DNA from: Proteromonas lacertae
Taxonomy: Eukaryota
Length of the DNA stretch: 25,688 nt
Direction: 5' to 3'
Assembly: GCA_002245135.1 (NCBI GenBank)
Contig: NGBS01000002.1
Coordinates: 372,001 to 397,688, forward strand
Positions 23,901 to 25,688 of this stretch are shown here, piece by piece; the stretch's first letter is position 1, and every line of letters starts with the position of its first letter. The translations under genes were made by a program, and so were the position numbers. The notes under the pieces are model-generated. The model was not told where the DNA came from and did no database searches. It worked only from the letters and a program-made list of their open reading frames with translations.

Positions 23901-25098
23901 AATATTCCATTATGCTGGTCATGTCGGAATAAAAGATTCTGTATTTATTCTTGAAGATTGTAATGGAGGAGAAATAAAAAGAAACAGTAAAGATTTTATC
24001 AACTATATTTATCCTGAAAATACATATAATTTAAGATTAGTATATTTAAATGCCTGTTATAACGAAACAATATTGAATCAATTATTAGAAAAGAAAATTC
24101 CTCACATAATCTCATGTAATAAAGAATATGCAACAAGAATAAGCGATTCTGTTTGTATTGAATTTTCTCATACATTTTATCAAGCATTATTTCGTGGTTA
24201 TACAGTATATAATGCTTATAAATTAGCTTGTAATTCTGTTTCAATTTATGAATTAGAAATAACAAACCTCCGTTTATATTAAGTCCAATAAATGGAAATC
24301 ATGAAGAAATTTTGTTTTATCCCATTGTGAAACATACATTTACAATCGAAGAGCCAATATTCTTATTACCTAAACTACCGAAAATATTGTAGGTCAAGGA
24401 TATAGAATAAAAAGATTATTAAAAATCTATAATAGTTTTTCTTATGATAAGAATCAAATAATAATTCCAAGAATCACATTAATTCATGGAAAAGAAGGAA
24501 CTGGAAAGTCTTTATTTGCTTTAGGTGTTTTACATTATATTGAAACAAGAGAATTAATATTGACAAATCATGTGACATTTTATATATCCTTAGAAGGTTA
24601 TAAAAATGTGAATGAAATAATGAAGTTTATAAAAGACCAAATGTTATTACAGAAGAAACGATTAGAAGAAATAAAACCAATTCTAATAAATGATTTAGAA
24701 AATGCAAGTAAAATAATGTGTTTAATTCATGTAGAAAGTGAAAAAAATGAAGAATTGTATAACAGATTAAATAAAGAATATAAAAAGACAAAATTTATAA
24801 TAACAACAAGAGATTTTACTTCATTTGGTAACTTAAGTGAAAAAACAGCAACAGTTGATAGAAATAAAGTAATTATACAACATAATTCATTATGTTCTTC
24901 ATTTCATGATGATTTGATATATGAAGTATATAAAAGTCTTGTTACTGATTATGATAATGATGAAATATCAGAATTTAAGAAATTATATAAAAAATACTTT
25001 AGATTTCTCCAACTTTAGTATATTTATTTATTTTATATTATGAATTAGAAACATTGTTTAATGACATTTACAGAAAGATTCGTGAATTTAGATTTTAA
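17951..25098 (+). pseudogene. Copy 2 of the SPRY/PDZ-ARM-LRR-CHAT-NTPase gene; intact to ~22980, then ~10 single-base frameshifts (pseudogene or sequencing error)
   Basis: ATG at 17951, introns 18028-18055, 18160-18186 and 19707-19741. Indels versus copy 1 lie near 22981, 23181, 23383, 23577, 23629, 23867, 23901, 24257, 24387 and 24990; each gains or loses one A or T, mostly within short runs. Confidence 0.65.
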
Positions 25099-25254
25099 TT
25101 TATTGTATAAATGATAATTAATAATTTAATGTTGAAATGTAATTGAGATTTTTAAAATATTTTCTTGTTACTTACAACTAAAAAAAACAGATTTATAAAT
25201 ATGTGAATATTATAAATAATAAAACATGTATTTACATTTTACACGAAAAACAAG

Positions 25255-25688
25255 TCACATGTAGGTAGGTTTTAAATCTAACTGTTTTCTCTCTAAAAAT
25301 TTTATAAATCGAGGATCTTTCAACTGCTTACGAAATTGTTGATTTTGTAAAAGATCTAATATCGGCAAGCAATGTGGAAAACTATATATGACTAATAATA
25401 CTCATACGAAATGAATCTAGCATATTCAGGTCTCTTCCAATACAAAAGATACTCTAAATAATTGAGAAATGACTTTTGCTCGAAATAATTCTGACCAGAA
25501 AGCCCTATAAAATCAAATAGTTAAATAAACATTCTAAATAAAACGGATTAGAGAGCATTTGAACAAATTCCAATTCAACTGTGAAACGTTTCTTTATATC
25601 TATATCCGATTCTTCGTAAGGTAATTTTTTCTCTACCAAAACTTGTTGCGGTAAGAAAAACTTCTCAGTTGAAGAAACTGTGGAGATG
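25255..25688 (-). CDS. MED31: MED31 copy 2 (5' end outside window)
   Basis: Reverse complement of 4081-4514. I saw no differences in the stretches I compared. Confidence 0.9.

Larger units (their letters stand above)
16315..25688. repeat. Right arm of the inverted duplication (extends beyond the window)
   Basis: Reverse complement of 4081-13459 with a net 5-bp length difference. All the differences I found lie at 22720-25190. Confidence 0.98.

Noticed and set aside
1..25688. CRISPR arrays, tRNA/rRNA genes, telomeric repeats or a non-standard genetic code
   Set aside because: No periodic repeat-spacer pattern or structured GC-rich RNA-like segment was seen. In-frame stops are explained by introns or indels, and TAA, TAG and TGA all terminate genes.

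Overview
Very AT-rich, gene-dense eukaryotic DNA using the standard code, with tiny (26-36 nt) GT..AG spliceosomal introns. A Blastocystis/Opalinata-like stramenopile is my inference, not a proven assignment. The unique left part (1-4080) holds the 3' part of a cGMP-dependent protein kinase, two unknown genes and the start of MED31. The rest is a giant inverted duplication: arm 4081-13459 is the reverse complement of arm 16315-25688, which runs off the window, around a unique 2.85-kb spacer. Each arm carries MED31 (partial in the repeat), GTP cyclohydrolase II (ribA) and a ~2,340-aa gene that the ORF track breaks into pieces. After splicing, that gene reads: split SPRY (with inserted CxxC/CxxC and PDZ-like modules), helical ARM/HEAT-like region, LRRs, CHAT caspase-like protease with His/Cys dyad, and a STAND-like P-loop NTPase. 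This is an NLR-like protein with the domain order reversed. The spacer holds a BTB-BACK-Ig-SPRY gene and a GST C-terminal remnant. The two big-gene copies carry different frameshifts, mostly in homopolymers, so an assembly or polishing artefact must be excluded. All domain calls are by-eye motif recognition; no searches were run.
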